This document shows, in pieces, positions 1 through 9,312 of a stretch of 31,806 bases of DNA. Under the pieces are notes generated by a model. That model made no database searches and had not been told where the DNA came from. It saw only the letters and a list, made by a program, of their open reading frames with translations. Made by a program: the position numbers and the translations under genes. The stretch's first letter is position 1, and every line of letters starts with the position of its first letter. The stretch comes from a virus (lineage: Duplodnaviria > Caudoviricetes): IMG/VR virus record IMGVR_UViG_3300032225_001850, positions 1 through 31,806 of that record. One strand, written 5' to 3'.

Positions 1-39
1 AAATCCAGCCAATAATGATGTAACATTACTATTGCCATA
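1..39. repeat. 39-bp exact direct repeat shared with 4051-4089
   Basis: aaatccagccaataatgatgtaacattactattgccata occurs at 1-39 and at 4051-4089; both encode YGNSNVTSLLAGF on the minus strand. Confidence 0.95.
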
Positions 40-321
40 CGCATTGACAATACTGTTGGCATTGATATTGGTTAATAAACTACCATTGCCAATAATGTAG
101 GCACCTGTGACATTGCCGGTAGCACTTAAGGTGGCACCCTGTATTACACCAGTGGCTGTAATGTTACCAGAAGTGATATTGCCAGCACCGCCATTGACAA
201 AGGTCTGTAGGTTAGCGGCTGTAACTGTGTAGTTTACATTGTTTAATACAATTGGGATAATTGTTGAGGCTGTAATATTACCTATTGTAGGCAATTGTCC
301 AAATGATACTGTTGCTGTCAT
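1..321 (-). CDS. Tail fibre-like protein, 5' part (runs off the window edge)
   Basis: Not in the ORF track. ATG at 321 with AAGGA upstream. Reads MTATVSFGQLPTIGNITASTIIPIV...SATGNVTGAYIIGNGSLLTN...YGNSNVTSLLAGF, the same repeat vocabulary as the 1462-aa fibre. Confidence 0.8.
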   Translation of the reverse strand, partial: MTATVSFGQLPTIGNITASTIIPIVLNNVNYTVTAANLQTFVNGGAGNITSGNITATGVIQGATLSATGNVTGAYIIGNGSLLTNINANSIVNAYGNSNVTSLLAGF

Positions 322-330
322 GTCTTTTCC

Positions 331-486
331 TTAAGGTGATTGAACGGCCAACTGAATGCCGCCTTCTGTAACTAAAAATACTAGTTGCGGCAAATTAGTA
401 TCTGTGGTAAAAAATGTTGGCACAGCAAATACATCACCAATGATAATTTGCCCACCTATCTTTACATTTCCGCCAATTTCAATCAT
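331..486 (-). CDS. Small tail-associated hypothetical protein (51 aa, MIEIGGNVKIGG...)
   Basis: ATG at 486 overlaps the upstream stop (ATGA) and the ORF tiles between its neighbours. Confidence 0.65.
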   Translation of the reverse strand: MIEIGGNVKIGGQIIIGDVFAVPTFFTTDTNLPQLVFLVTEGGIQLAVQSP

Positions 487-665
487 GATATTAGTTGGGC
501 CTGTGCTTCTTCGCAACTGTCATACCAGGTCCAACCTTCTACTGGATAGGTATATTGGGTATGTTCATCTCGTAGCAATACCACGCCCGATGGCAATTGA
601 ACCAGGTCTGGTCCATATTCCAATTCATTGTTTTCATTAACTGAATAAAATCCGTCTGTGCTCAT
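483..665 (-). CDS. Small acidic protein following the repeat adhesin (possible fibre-assembly partner)
   Basis: 60-aa ORF starting 4 nt after the upstream stop, in the same operon. Function inferred from position only. Confidence 0.7.
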   Translation of the reverse strand: MSTDGFYSVNENNELEYGPDLVQLPSGVVLLRDEHTQYTYPVEGWTWYDSCEEAQAQLIS

Positions 666-668
666 ATG

Positions 669-2672
669 TTATCCTGAAGTTGTCCAACCTTTTAGCAAGG
701 GTAAACTGGTATCCAATGTTCTAAATACCACAGAACTTGATCCTGATATAGCGGCTGGTGTGCTTAATGTCACTGAGGTATTGCCCACAAAACTGCTGAC
801 AAATCTTGGATAGAACATGGTGGTGGCACCTGTGGTGGTAACGGCTGTTACTGAACCACCCGAAGTGTTACTACATTGAAAAGTATCTGTGGCGGCATTG
901 ATTACATAATAGGGCTGTCTTGCTATATTACCCACATTGGTGCCGGCAAAACTTACCAAGGTGCCATTGGACAGTCCGTGTGCTGTGGCTGTGACCAAGT
1001 TGCCTGAGATGGCTGTGCTACAAGCAACACCACTCATGATGTTGGTTCCGGTCACACACATGCCTACTGCAATGTTTGAAGTATCAGCCAAGGTCAATAA
1101 TGTGCTACCGGCTGTGCTGGTGGCTGTCTTTGTGTAAGCAGTGGTCACGCCCGGGTTGGCTGTAAGTGTTATAGTCAAACTTGATGTTCGTGGTGTCAAC
1201 ACTGTAAATATGTTGCCAATGGCCGCCTGACTAAGTCTAGCCTGTGGCAAAGCAAATGCCGCATTGATTGAGGTAATTGGAATTTCTACCATGCTGGTGC
1301 AGTTCAAAAAGGTTGAACCAAAATTGGTTACATTGGCTGTGTTGTAAGCAGGAATCGTGACAATGCCATTACAACCTGAAAACATACCGCTCATGTTGGT
1401 CACTTTGCTAGTGTCCATTGTGGGTGCCACTGTCAGGGCTGTGCAACTTGCAAACATACTGGACATATTCAAACAGTTGCCAGTGGCACTGATATTGCCC
1501 ACAGAGGCCATGGCAGAGCAACCACTAAACATACTGGTTGCATCTGTGACCAAAGCCATGTTTGCTCCTGGGCCTTGTTGCAATGAAATACAGCCGTTGA
1601 ACATACTGCCTGCTGAGGTCAGGGCTGGTGTAGTCAAATTGGCCACATACTGCAAATTGGTGCAACTGTTGAACATTTGAAATGCTGATGTCACATTGCT
1701 CATGTTGCTGTTTATGAACTTTTTGATTCCAGTGCCGTTGAACATGTTGTCTGTATTGGTCACAAGAGACATGTCAAGTGTATCTGGAAATGTTCTGAGA
1801 TTTCTATTTCCGTTGAACATATTGTTCATTGTGCCTGAGGGTTTGGCATTGCCTGGAAAAACTAATCCATCATTCAAGTTACAAGTAAAAAATCCTTGTG
1901 TTCCAGCAATGGACGCTGTGTTCAAGGTCATACTGGGCATGACTGCTAGACTTTTACAGTTACGAAATTGTGCTGACAAGTTTGGTAATGATACTATACC
2001 ACTGATATTCTGCAAAGAATAACAGTTGTCAAAGAATTTTCCACCACTTGGTGCAGACTGACCAAGAGGAAAATCTGCTTGAGCCATTGAATAAAAATCT
2101 CTAAAACCATCACTTACAGTTCCCAGACCCCAGGCCAGATGTTGTATCGCACCACCAGCACTCTTAACTGAACCTTCACCATTGGTAAATGTAGTCATGT
2201 TTGGAGCATTGCCATACAATTCTATAATGGGTGCATAGTTGGCTATGCTTGATGGAAGCGATGGGTTGATCAAAAACAAACTCACTGAGGTAATATTTTG
2301 ACCACTTTGTGGAGTAATGGTCAAGATGGCTGTCTTAAATCCCTGGCTGGTCACTGGACCTAGGCCACTACTGCTGTAGTCGTATATTTTGCTGGCCGTG
2401 GCACCTGATGCAAAGTTAGCAGAAGTTCCATCACCCCAATCCACTGTGTAGGCACCAGAAATTTGGATACTCATAGCGGCACTGTTGGCCGCAGATCTTA
2501 CAGCAATCAAGCACTGTATTTTTTGTGTTCCGCTAACGATTGGATCTAGTGCAGGCCAATCACTGGGTCTGATCCAAAATGGTGTAGTAAACCCGCCTGG
2601 ATTGCGTTGGTTGTTGGCACTGATTCTACTCAGCGACTGACCACTAGCGGTTCCGGCAAATCTTACACTCAT
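669..2672 (-). CDS. DUF285/BspA-like leucine-rich-repeat protein, putative receptor-binding tail protein
   Basis: About 23-aa repeats (DTSKVTNMSGMFSGC, NVTSAFQMFNSCTNL, NCLNMSSMFASCTAL), an N-terminal PKD-like YTVDWGDGT motif and a C-terminal beta-rich TATAHGLSNG...YYVINAATDTFQ module. Confidence 0.8.
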   Translation of the reverse strand: MSVRFAGTASGQSLSRISANNQRNPGGFTTPFWIRPSDWPALDPIVSGTQKIQCLIAVRSAANSAAMSIQISGAYTVDWGDGTSANFASGATASKIYDYSSSGLGPVTSQGFKTAILTITPQSGQNITSVSLFLINPSLPSSIANYAPIIELYGNAPNMTTFTNGEGSVKSAGGAIQHLAWGLGTVSDGFRDFYSMAQADFPLGQSAPSGGKFFDNCYSLQNISGIVSLPNLSAQFRNCKSLAVMPSMTLNTASIAGTQGFFTCNLNDGLVFPGNAKPSGTMNNMFNGNRNLRTFPDTLDMSLVTNTDNMFNGTGIKKFINSNMSNVTSAFQMFNSCTNLQYVANLTTPALTSAGSMFNGCISLQQGPGANMALVTDATSMFSGCSAMASVGNISATGNCLNMSSMFASCTALTVAPTMDTSKVTNMSGMFSGCNGIVTIPAYNTANVTNFGSTFLNCTSMVEIPITSINAAFALPQARLSQAAIGNIFTVLTPRTSSLTITLTANPGVTTAYTKTATSTAGSTLLTLADTSNIAVGMCVTGTNIMSGVACSTAISGNLVTATAHGLSNGTLVSFAGTNVGNIARQPYYVINAATDTFQCSNTSGGSVTAVTTTGATTMFYPRFVSSFVGNTSVTLSTPAAISGSSSVVFRTLDTSLPLLKGWTTSG

Positions 2673-2995
2673 GCTATTTCTGTGCCAAACAGGTTAAAAC
2701 TCACATTGGCTGTGCCAGAATATATGGTCACAACATCTGTGGCGGCAAGACTTATGCCTAAGGTCAAAAACACACTGTCATTGGCCTGTAGCACACTGTC
2801 ATACACAATATATTGATTGGTGGCCAAGGTAGCACCTGCTGGTCTAATGGCCACACGATAAGTTGTGCTTGCACCTTGATTACATGCAGTCAAAGTAGAA
2901 CATACTGTGCTGGTTGAGGCTGGCACTGTGTATAATGTTGTTGCTGTTGTTGCACTTGGGATTGATTGTCCCAAAACCTTGTATGTTGTTGCCAT
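2669..2995 (-). CDS. Small beta-rich tail fibre adaptor-like protein
   Basis: 108 aa (MATTYKVLGQ...TTLYTVPAST...SFNLFGTEIA) directly after the fibre gene, with an ATGA overlap into the repeat protein. Confidence 0.75.
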   Translation of the reverse strand: MATTYKVLGQSIPSATTATTLYTVPASTSTVCSTLTACNQGASTTYRVAIRPAGATLATNQYIVYDSVLQANDSVFLTLGISLAATDVVTIYSGTANVSFNLFGTEIA

Positions 2996-3000
2996 TTATC

Positions 3001-6000
3001 TTATGCTCCCATTAGTAAGAATGTTTGTTCAAATCCGCTTGATCCACCACCTGAGGCAGTTGATGCTATAGTTATTGACTTGGCTGTGGCATTGCCTAAA
3101 ATAGTTACATTGGTGCCTGCAACAAAAGTCAATGTGTCTGTGCCACTGGTGGCAACAATACTGGTGCCATTTGCACTCATTGTTGCAAAACTGTTGCTAC
3201 CAGATCCTGTAATACCTGTTAATTGTGATCCATTACCAATAAAATAACTAGCTGAAATATTGGCGGTGGTTGCTACAATACCTGTTCCCGCAGGAATTAA
3301 ATTGATATTGCCATTGGTGGCTGTTGATTGTAAGTCAAGGTTACCGCTTTGGTCAACTATGACTCCACTGATGATTAAATTGCCGCCAGTAATGTTACCA
3401 GTGGCACTGACAGCACCTGATGTGTTTACCGCTGTTAGGATACCAACACTAGTAATGTTTGGTTGTGCGTTAGTGGTGACTGTGCCAGCTGTGGTTGCTG
3501 ATGTAGCTGTGGTAGCACTGCCTGCCGAGGTGGCATAGGTGGCATTGGCCACTGTGCCTATCACATTGGCACCTGTTAAACTGCTTAGAGCCGCACCGTT
3601 ACCACTGTGGCTACCAATAAGGATGCCTGCGGTAATGTTGCCTGTGGTGCTGATTGCGTTTGAACCAAATGCGGCTAATAAACTAGTAACATTGGCATTG
3701 CTATAACTTGTTGTAATGCCTGTAAGTTGACTACCATTACCAAAGATATATGATCCTGTGATATTGCCTGTGGCTGAAACATTGCCCACTGTGGTAATGT
3801 TGCCAAGCAGTTGATTTAGATTGGTGTTAAAATTAACATTGCCATATGGCACACCATATCCCAGGACCACATTGCCCTGAGTAGCCGCTAATGGCCATAT
3901 GTTTGTGTCGCCGCTTATTGCACCTACTTGTATACTACCATTGTTGGTAAAACTATTAGCATATACAGCGTTATTGACCACTGTCAAACTGCCATTGGCT
4001 ATGATATTTCCACCTGAAATATTGCCTGTGGTTGATATGGTATTGGATCCAAATCCAGCCAATAATGATGTAACATTACTATTGCCATAGTTTGCTGGTA
4101 AACCTGTAAGTTGACTGCCATTACCAATAAAATAACTGGCTGTGATATTGCCACTGCTTGATAAACTGGTCAGCGTTCCTATACTGGTTATATTTGGCTG
4201 TGCCGCTGTGGTCACTGTGCCAGCAAATGTCGATGCGTTTGCGTTTAATGCGTAGGTGGCATTGGCCACAGTGCCTGTAACATTAGCACCTGCAACACTA
4301 TTGGCTGTGTTAGCGTAGTTGGCTTGTGCTACACTACCTGTTACATTTGATCCGCTTACACTGTTGGCAATATTGGCATAATTGGCCTGTGCCACATTGT
4401 TTACACTTATGCCTGTTAATTGACTGCCATTACCAACATAATATCCAGCTGAGATATTACCTGTGGTGCTGATTGTGTTACTACCAAAATTAGCCAACAG
4501 TGAAGTTACATTGGCATTTGAATATGAAGCTGGTAAACCAGTTATTTGACTACCATTACCAAATAGGTAAGCACCTGTAATATTACCTGTTGTGCTGATA
4601 TTACCACTACTGGTTATACTAGTAAGCGTGCCTACACTAGTAATGTTAGGCTGAGCCGCTGTGGTCACTGTGCCTGCTGTGGTAGCACTTCCGGCCGATG
4701 TGGCATAGGTAGCATTGGCTACAGTTCCAGAAACATTAGCACCCGCAACACTATTGGCTGTGTTGGCATAATCAGCTTGTGCTACAGATCCTGTTACATT
4801 TGAACCGCTAACACTGTTGGCAATATTGGCATAATTGGCTTGTGCTACACTACTTGTAACTGATCCTGCTGTGATCGCATAAGTGGCATTGGCCACTGTG
4901 CCTACAACATTGGAACCAGCGACTGAATTGGCCGTATTGGCATAATTGGCTTGTGCTACACTACCCGACACATTTGATCCACTTACACTATTGGCTATGT
5001 TGGCATAGTTGGCCTGTGCGGCATTGGTAGTTGAACTAGCACTGCCTGCTGTGGTAGCATAGGTAGCATTGGCCACGGTTCCTACAACATTGGCACCTGT
5101 TATACTTGACAAGGTTGAACCATTGCCAATATGATATGCGGCTGTTACATTGCCTGCAAATTGCCCTGTTTGGCCATAAATGCCTGCCCAATAATTACTT
5201 GGGCCACCTAGACTTGCTACAGCATTTGAACTTGGAGTAATACCAATGTTACTTTGCCAACTTGTAGTTAAATTATTATACCGCCAAGTAGCAATAGGAG
5301 TGCCACCACCTGCGTCTAAACCTGCACCATCCACATTGGCACCAGTGCTTTGATTGTTGGCAACAGTAATGTTTTTGTCATTGGTTGTAATGACATTTGA
5401 ATTAATTGTTGTTGTAGTGCCTTGAACTGTCAAGTTACCTGTAATAACTTGATCGCCATACACAGTAACACCTGTTGATGTAATATCATCGCTAAACAGG
5501 TTGCCAGTTACACTTAAATTTCCAGTGCTAGTGATGTTACCACCTGTTATGTCACCCGATGTAATAATTGTTCCAGTAGTGCTTTGACCACTGGTAATAA
5601 CTGGACTACCGCCTACTGTTAAGGCATTACCTGTTGTGGCAATGGCTGTGCCACCCAGATACAAGGTGGCATTGCTAAGATATAGGTCTTTGAATCTATT
5701 GGTAGTATTACCTAAACTATAAACAGCATTGCCACTTGGTATAATGTTGCCAGCATTGGTGCCCGAAGCCAAAAATGTGGTTACATTACTATTGGCATAG
5801 GTAGCTGGTAAGCCAGTCAACTGACTGCCATTACCAAATAGATAAGCACCGGTTATATTACCGGTTGTGCTGATATTACCAGTAGAAGTTATGCTGGTCA
5901 GCGTGCCTACTGAGGTAATGTTAGGTTGTGCCGCTGTGGTTACAGTTGCGGCTGTTGTTGCTGAGGTGGCTGTGCCTGCTGAGGTGGCATAGGTGGCATT

Positions 6001-7389
6001 GGCCACAGTGCCTGTTATATTGGCACCAGTCAAGCTGGTCAATCGACTGCCATTGCCAACAAAATAACCAGCAGTAATATTTCCTGTGGTGCTGATTGTG
6101 TTTGAACCATATGACGCTAGTAGCGAAGTTACATTGGCATTTGAATATGTTGCAGGTAGGCCTGTAAGTTGTGACCCATTACCAAAGATATAAGCACCTG
6201 TTATGTTTCCAGTAGCACTAACCGCACCAGGAGTGTAAATACCAGATGTAGCAAACACAGCCACATTACTGGTTCCGGCAACGCCAACCGTGATATTACC
6301 ACTGGCCACTGGTATGTTAACATTACTGGTTCCATTGGCAATGTATTGTGTAGCACCAGCAGAAACATTGGTTAATAAACTACCATCACCAGAAAAATAA
6401 TTAGCTGTGATATAATTGGCACCAACGATGTTGCCCTGTGCATCAGTGGTTTGCAACAGTTTGGCATAGATTGTTCCTGCCGCAGAAACTGTGCTGGGAT
6501 TAAGGGCACCAGAATAGGTGCTTAAGGTTAGGTTACGACCATCGCCTGATAGATATGCGGCACTTAGGTTACCAGCGGCCGTAATATTACCTGTGGTGCT
6601 TAATGAAGTGGCAGTGATGTTGCCAGTTATTGATATATTGCCACCTATCACTGCACCACCAGCGGCACTGACTATTCCGGCTGTGTTGATGTTGCCACCA
6701 CGCACATTGCCCGTAGCACTTACAACACCTGTTACATATTCGCCTGTGGTTGATACAACTACAACATTACTAACTCCACCAATTGAAATATTAGCGTTAC
6801 CGCCTGAACTACCAATATTGGCTTCGCTGGTGCCGTTGTAAATTTTACTAGAACTATATCCAGTTGCATAAAAAATATTGGCCAATAAGTAGTTGCCAGA
6901 AATATTGCCTGTAGCGGCAATATTGCCTGTGGTGCTTTGTCCACTAGTTGTAAACACAGTGACATTGCTGACACCATTGATAGTAACAGCCAAATTGCCA
7001 TTGGGTGTGCCAATGTTGGCTTCGCTATTGCCATTAAAAATCTTATCAGGATGAAATCCTGTGGCATTGGCCACATTACCCAATATGTAATTGCCTGTAA
7101 TGTTACCTGTGGCACTAACTTCGCCACCTGTATAAATGTTATCACCGGTTATATTACCATTGGCATTAACTTGTCCATTGGTGTTTAAGTTACCACCTGT
7201 AATGTTACCAACAGCACTTATTGTGCCGCCAGCTACGATGTTACCAAGAACACTTAAGTTTTGATCCGTTGGTATTGTTGGTTGGCCTTGACTATACAAA
7301 CCTGTGTTGTTGTTTGGCCTTACTACTTGATTAGTCGTAGGTGTAGCACTGTATAGACTAGTATTATTGGTTGGTGGCACAATTGGCAT
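3001..7389 (-). CDS. Long tail fibre protein with internal repeats (1462 aa)
   Basis: Rich in G/N/T/S/A with recurrent motifs SATGNITG, GNGSQLTG, GTVANATYATSAG, AQPNITSVGTLTS and AQANYANIANSV. Follows the head-tail adaptor. Confidence 0.85.
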   Translation of the reverse strand: MPIVPPTNNTSLYSATPTTNQVVRPNNNTGLYSQGQPTIPTDQNLSVLGNIVAGGTISAVGNITGGNLNTNGQVNANGNITGDNIYTGGEVSATGNITGNYILGNVANATGFHPDKIFNGNSEANIGTPNGNLAVTINGVSNVTVFTTSGQSTTGNIAATGNISGNYLLANIFYATGYSSSKIYNGTSEANIGSSGGNANISIGGVSNVVVVSTTGEYVTGVVSATGNVRGGNINTAGIVSAAGGAVIGGNISITGNITATSLSTTGNITAAGNLSAAYLSGDGRNLTLSTYSGALNPSTVSAAGTIYAKLLQTTDAQGNIVGANYITANYFSGDGSLLTNVSAGATQYIANGTSNVNIPVASGNITVGVAGTSNVAVFATSGIYTPGAVSATGNITGAYIFGNGSQLTGLPATYSNANVTSLLASYGSNTISTTGNITAGYFVGNGSRLTSLTGANITGTVANATYATSAGTATSATTAATVTTAAQPNITSVGTLTSITSTGNISTTGNITGAYLFGNGSQLTGLPATYANSNVTTFLASGTNAGNIIPSGNAVYSLGNTTNRFKDLYLSNATLYLGGTAIATTGNALTVGGSPVITSGQSTTGTIITSGDITGGNITSTGNLSVTGNLFSDDITSTGVTVYGDQVITGNLTVQGTTTTINSNVITTNDKNITVANNQSTGANVDGAGLDAGGGTPIATWRYNNLTTSWQSNIGITPSSNAVASLGGPSNYWAGIYGQTGQFAGNVTAAYHIGNGSTLSSITGANVVGTVANATYATTAGSASSTTNAAQANYANIANSVSGSNVSGSVAQANYANTANSVAGSNVVGTVANATYAITAGSVTSSVAQANYANIANSVSGSNVTGSVAQADYANTANSVAGANVSGTVANATYATSAGSATTAGTVTTAAQPNITSVGTLTSITSSGNISTTGNITGAYLFGNGSQITGLPASYSNANVTSLLANFGSNTISTTGNISAGYYVGNGSQLTGISVNNVAQANYANIANSVSGSNVTGSVAQANYANTANSVAGANVTGTVANATYALNANASTFAGTVTTAAQPNITSIGTLTSLSSSGNITASYFIGNGSQLTGLPANYGNSNVTSLLAGFGSNTISTTGNISGGNIIANGSLTVVNNAVYANSFTNNGSIQVGAISGDTNIWPLAATQGNVVLGYGVPYGNVNFNTNLNQLLGNITTVGNVSATGNITGSYIFGNGSQLTGITTSYSNANVTSLLAAFGSNAISTTGNITAGILIGSHSGNGAALSSLTGANVIGTVANATYATSAGSATTATSATTAGTVTTNAQPNITSVGILTAVNTSGAVSATGNITGGNLIISGVIVDQSGNLDLQSTATNGNINLIPAGTGIVATTANISASYFIGNGSQLTGITGSGSNSFATMSANGTSIVATSGTDTLTFVAGTNVTILGNATAKSITIASTASGGGSSGFEQTFLLMGA

Positions 7390-7401
7390 TAAATTCGTTC
7401 C

Positions 7402-8391
7402 TTACTTGATTGAGTATTGACGATCACGGCGTGGTTGCCATACACTGATCAATCTTGTATTACCACCAGACCACTTGGCTAAATTGTTTTGATTTTCTAC
7501 AGTTTGCCAAGCATTGTCAAATTTGGTCTTATACATTGCGGCATCTTCTGGACTGTGTCGTTTCACATAGTATTCATGTAGAGCACCATAGATATAACCT
7601 TCTGGCCAGGTCTGTAACACAGGATTGGTTTGAACTACCGTCGGAGTGGGAGATTCATCTATTACATTAGTAATGGATCCCAATACTGGTGTGTTTATGC
7701 CATTTATTTCAACTTGCAGACTTGATGAGCTAAGAATTTCAGTTACCACTGCGGTATTTTCATATCCTAAACTACCTACATTATCTGTAGCTGTGATAAA
7801 ATCACCTACTGTAATACCAGTGGTTGTGGTCATGCCATTAATATTAACTGACCAAGGGCCTGTTCCAGCAATGGTGTTGACATTACCTACGGTTGAAATA
7901 ATGTTATCTGTGTAAACAGGTGTAAACAACAAGGTCCAAGCCTTGTAGTAATACATGTTCAACACAGCACCTTCAGCCAGGTAAGGTAGGAATTGATAAT
8001 TTTCACCTACTTCACTAAACTTGCCGCGGATAACCGCCGGCACATTCACAGGACTCAAATACAATTGAGCAATAAGTCCCTGCGTGATAATATCTCTATC
8101 ACCGATACGATCATACACTACCCAAGGACCTGTGTTGTTTGGTGCACCATTTTGTCCTTGTAAAAAAAACAAGATAGGCTTGTTCATATCAGATGGAATA
8201 GGCATCAATTGGTTGGCACCTACAGTTCCAAATGTTTCGTATGGATTGGTTCTCAGTGCCGGTAACTCAATGTTACGCATAGCCAATTCAGCTTGGAATA
8301 TGCACTGTTTGATTTCGTTATCGTCGTCTGATCCAGTAAAATCCTTGAGATAAGTTACCAGTGAATCTGCATCTGGTATAATATAGGCCAT
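7402..8391 (-). CDS. Head-tail adaptor / connector protein
   Basis: Matches the pattern of podovirus adaptors (I..AE....R, P.D, YY..., TNPVLQTWPEGYIYGAL) and lies downstream of the capsid gene. Confidence 0.7.
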   Translation of the reverse strand: MAYIIPDADSLVTYLKDFTGSDDDNEIKQCIFQAELAMRNIELPALRTNPYETFGTVGANQLMPIPSDMNKPILFFLQGQNGAPNNTGPWVVYDRIGDRDIITQGLIAQLYLSPVNVPAVIRGKFSEVGENYQFLPYLAEGAVLNMYYYKAWTLLFTPVYTDNIISTVGNVNTIAGTGPWSVNINGMTTTTGITVGDFITATDNVGSLGYENTAVVTEILSSSSLQVEINGINTPVLGSITNVIDESPTPTVVQTNPVLQTWPEGYIYGALHEYYVKRHSPEDAAMYKTKFDNAWQTVENQNNLAKWSGGNTRLISVWQPRRDRQYSIK

Positions 8392-8976
8392 TTAATTTCC
8401 TTTGAAAAATTTTGCTTCGCCCATTTTCGCTGGATAAGGAACATCCACAGGTATGGGCAACTTGCCACCTGGATAAGTTATAAACGCTGGATATTCTCTT
8501 TGCACTACACGATAGAACTGTGCTTTGAGTGTTTTGTCGTGTTTGATGATACCCCATGGCATACCACCAAAATAATCATCACTTATACGGATAGCGATTA
8601 CATCTGGTAAATCCATCCATTTCCAACCAAGTTTACCATCCGGCATCAAGGGTGCCAAGGGATCCGGAATACCTGCTTCTGCATCTCGACGATATTCCTG
8701 TGCTCTTTGGCGGATTTTATCCACATTGAACTGTTCTCTTGTGATGTAAAACTTGCCATCTTTACGACCAGTAGTAATCAAAATGTTTTTGCTACCGTTC
8801 CAATCAGTTCGGGTCCAATCACCTTTCATTGAATTATACAATTTGTCGTTTTGCAACAACTTATCTGCCAGACCATTGTGATTGGTAATCATACCACCCG
8901 CGTCTTGGCGGAGATAATCTATGTTATGGTCTACATCATCGGTGTCTATGTAATTTGAATTAGGATTTGGGTTCAT
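8392..8976 (-). CDS. Hypothetical virion-associated protein (194 aa)
   Basis: Clean ORF abutting the adaptor gene, with TAAATA 5 nt before its ATG. Confidence 0.8.
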   Translation of the reverse strand: MNPNPNSNYIDTDDVDHNIDYLRQDAGGMITNHNGLADKLLQNDKLYNSMKGDWTRTDWNGSKNILITTGRKDGKFYITREQFNVDKIRQRAQEYRRDAEAGIPDPLAPLMPDGKLGWKWMDLPDVIAIRISDDYFGGMPWGIIKHDKTLKAQFYRVVQREYPAFITYPGGKLPIPVDVPYPAKMGEAKFFKGN

Positions 8977-8981
8977 AGCAT

Positions 8982-8987
8982 TATTTA
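8982..8987 (-). promoter_or_regulatory. TAAATA late-type promoter (leaderless)
   Basis: agcTAAATAatgctATG. Confidence 0.7.
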
Positions 8988-9005
8988 GCTTGGACTCTAA
9001 AAGGC

Positions 9006-9034
9006 TTGCGAACTAGACGGATTTAGTGTATACT
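9006..9034 (+). promoter_or_regulatory. sigma70-type promoter
   Basis: TTGCGA-17 nt-TATACT, 6 nt before the ATG at 9041. Confidence 0.75.
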
Positions 9035-9040
9035 AGTTTT

Positions 9041-9268
9041 ATGAAATCACTTGCTATGCTTTTGCTGTTGGTTGGTTGTGCCACCCAGACTGTGCCAGTA
9101 GCCACGCCAAACTTGGCCGGGATTGAACCTGACTGTCGTTATGCTTCATATCAAATGGGCCTGTTAGAAAAAGGTCTGATGACCGCTTCTGCTGATTCAG
9201 ACAACTATAGACAGATCAAAAACAAGATATGGAGTTTGCGAAGCACCTGTAGTGCTTACAGGTCATAA
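9041..9268 (+). CDS. Small lipoprotein (moron-like)
   Basis: MKSLAMLLLLVG-C signal peptide with lipobox. Has its own promoter and terminator and lies opposite to the structural operon. Confidence 0.8.
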   Translation: MKSLAMLLLLVGCATQTVPVATPNLAGIEPDCRYASYQMGLLEKGLMTASADSDNYRQIKNKIWSLRSTCSAYRS

Positions 9269-9292
9269 AAAAGCCCACCGAAGTGGGCTTTT
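9267..9292. terminator. Bidirectional rho-independent terminator
   Basis: AAAAAAGCCCAC-CGAA-GTGGGCTTTT between the convergent capsid and lipoprotein genes. Confidence 0.9.
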
Positions 9293-9312
9293 CTAATTCA
9301 ATACTAATAAAA

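Noticed and set aside
3400-6200. Repeats as CRISPR array or DGR template/variable pairs
   Set aside because: They are in-frame coding repeats with no repeat-spacer periodicity, and no cas or reverse transcriptase gene is seen.
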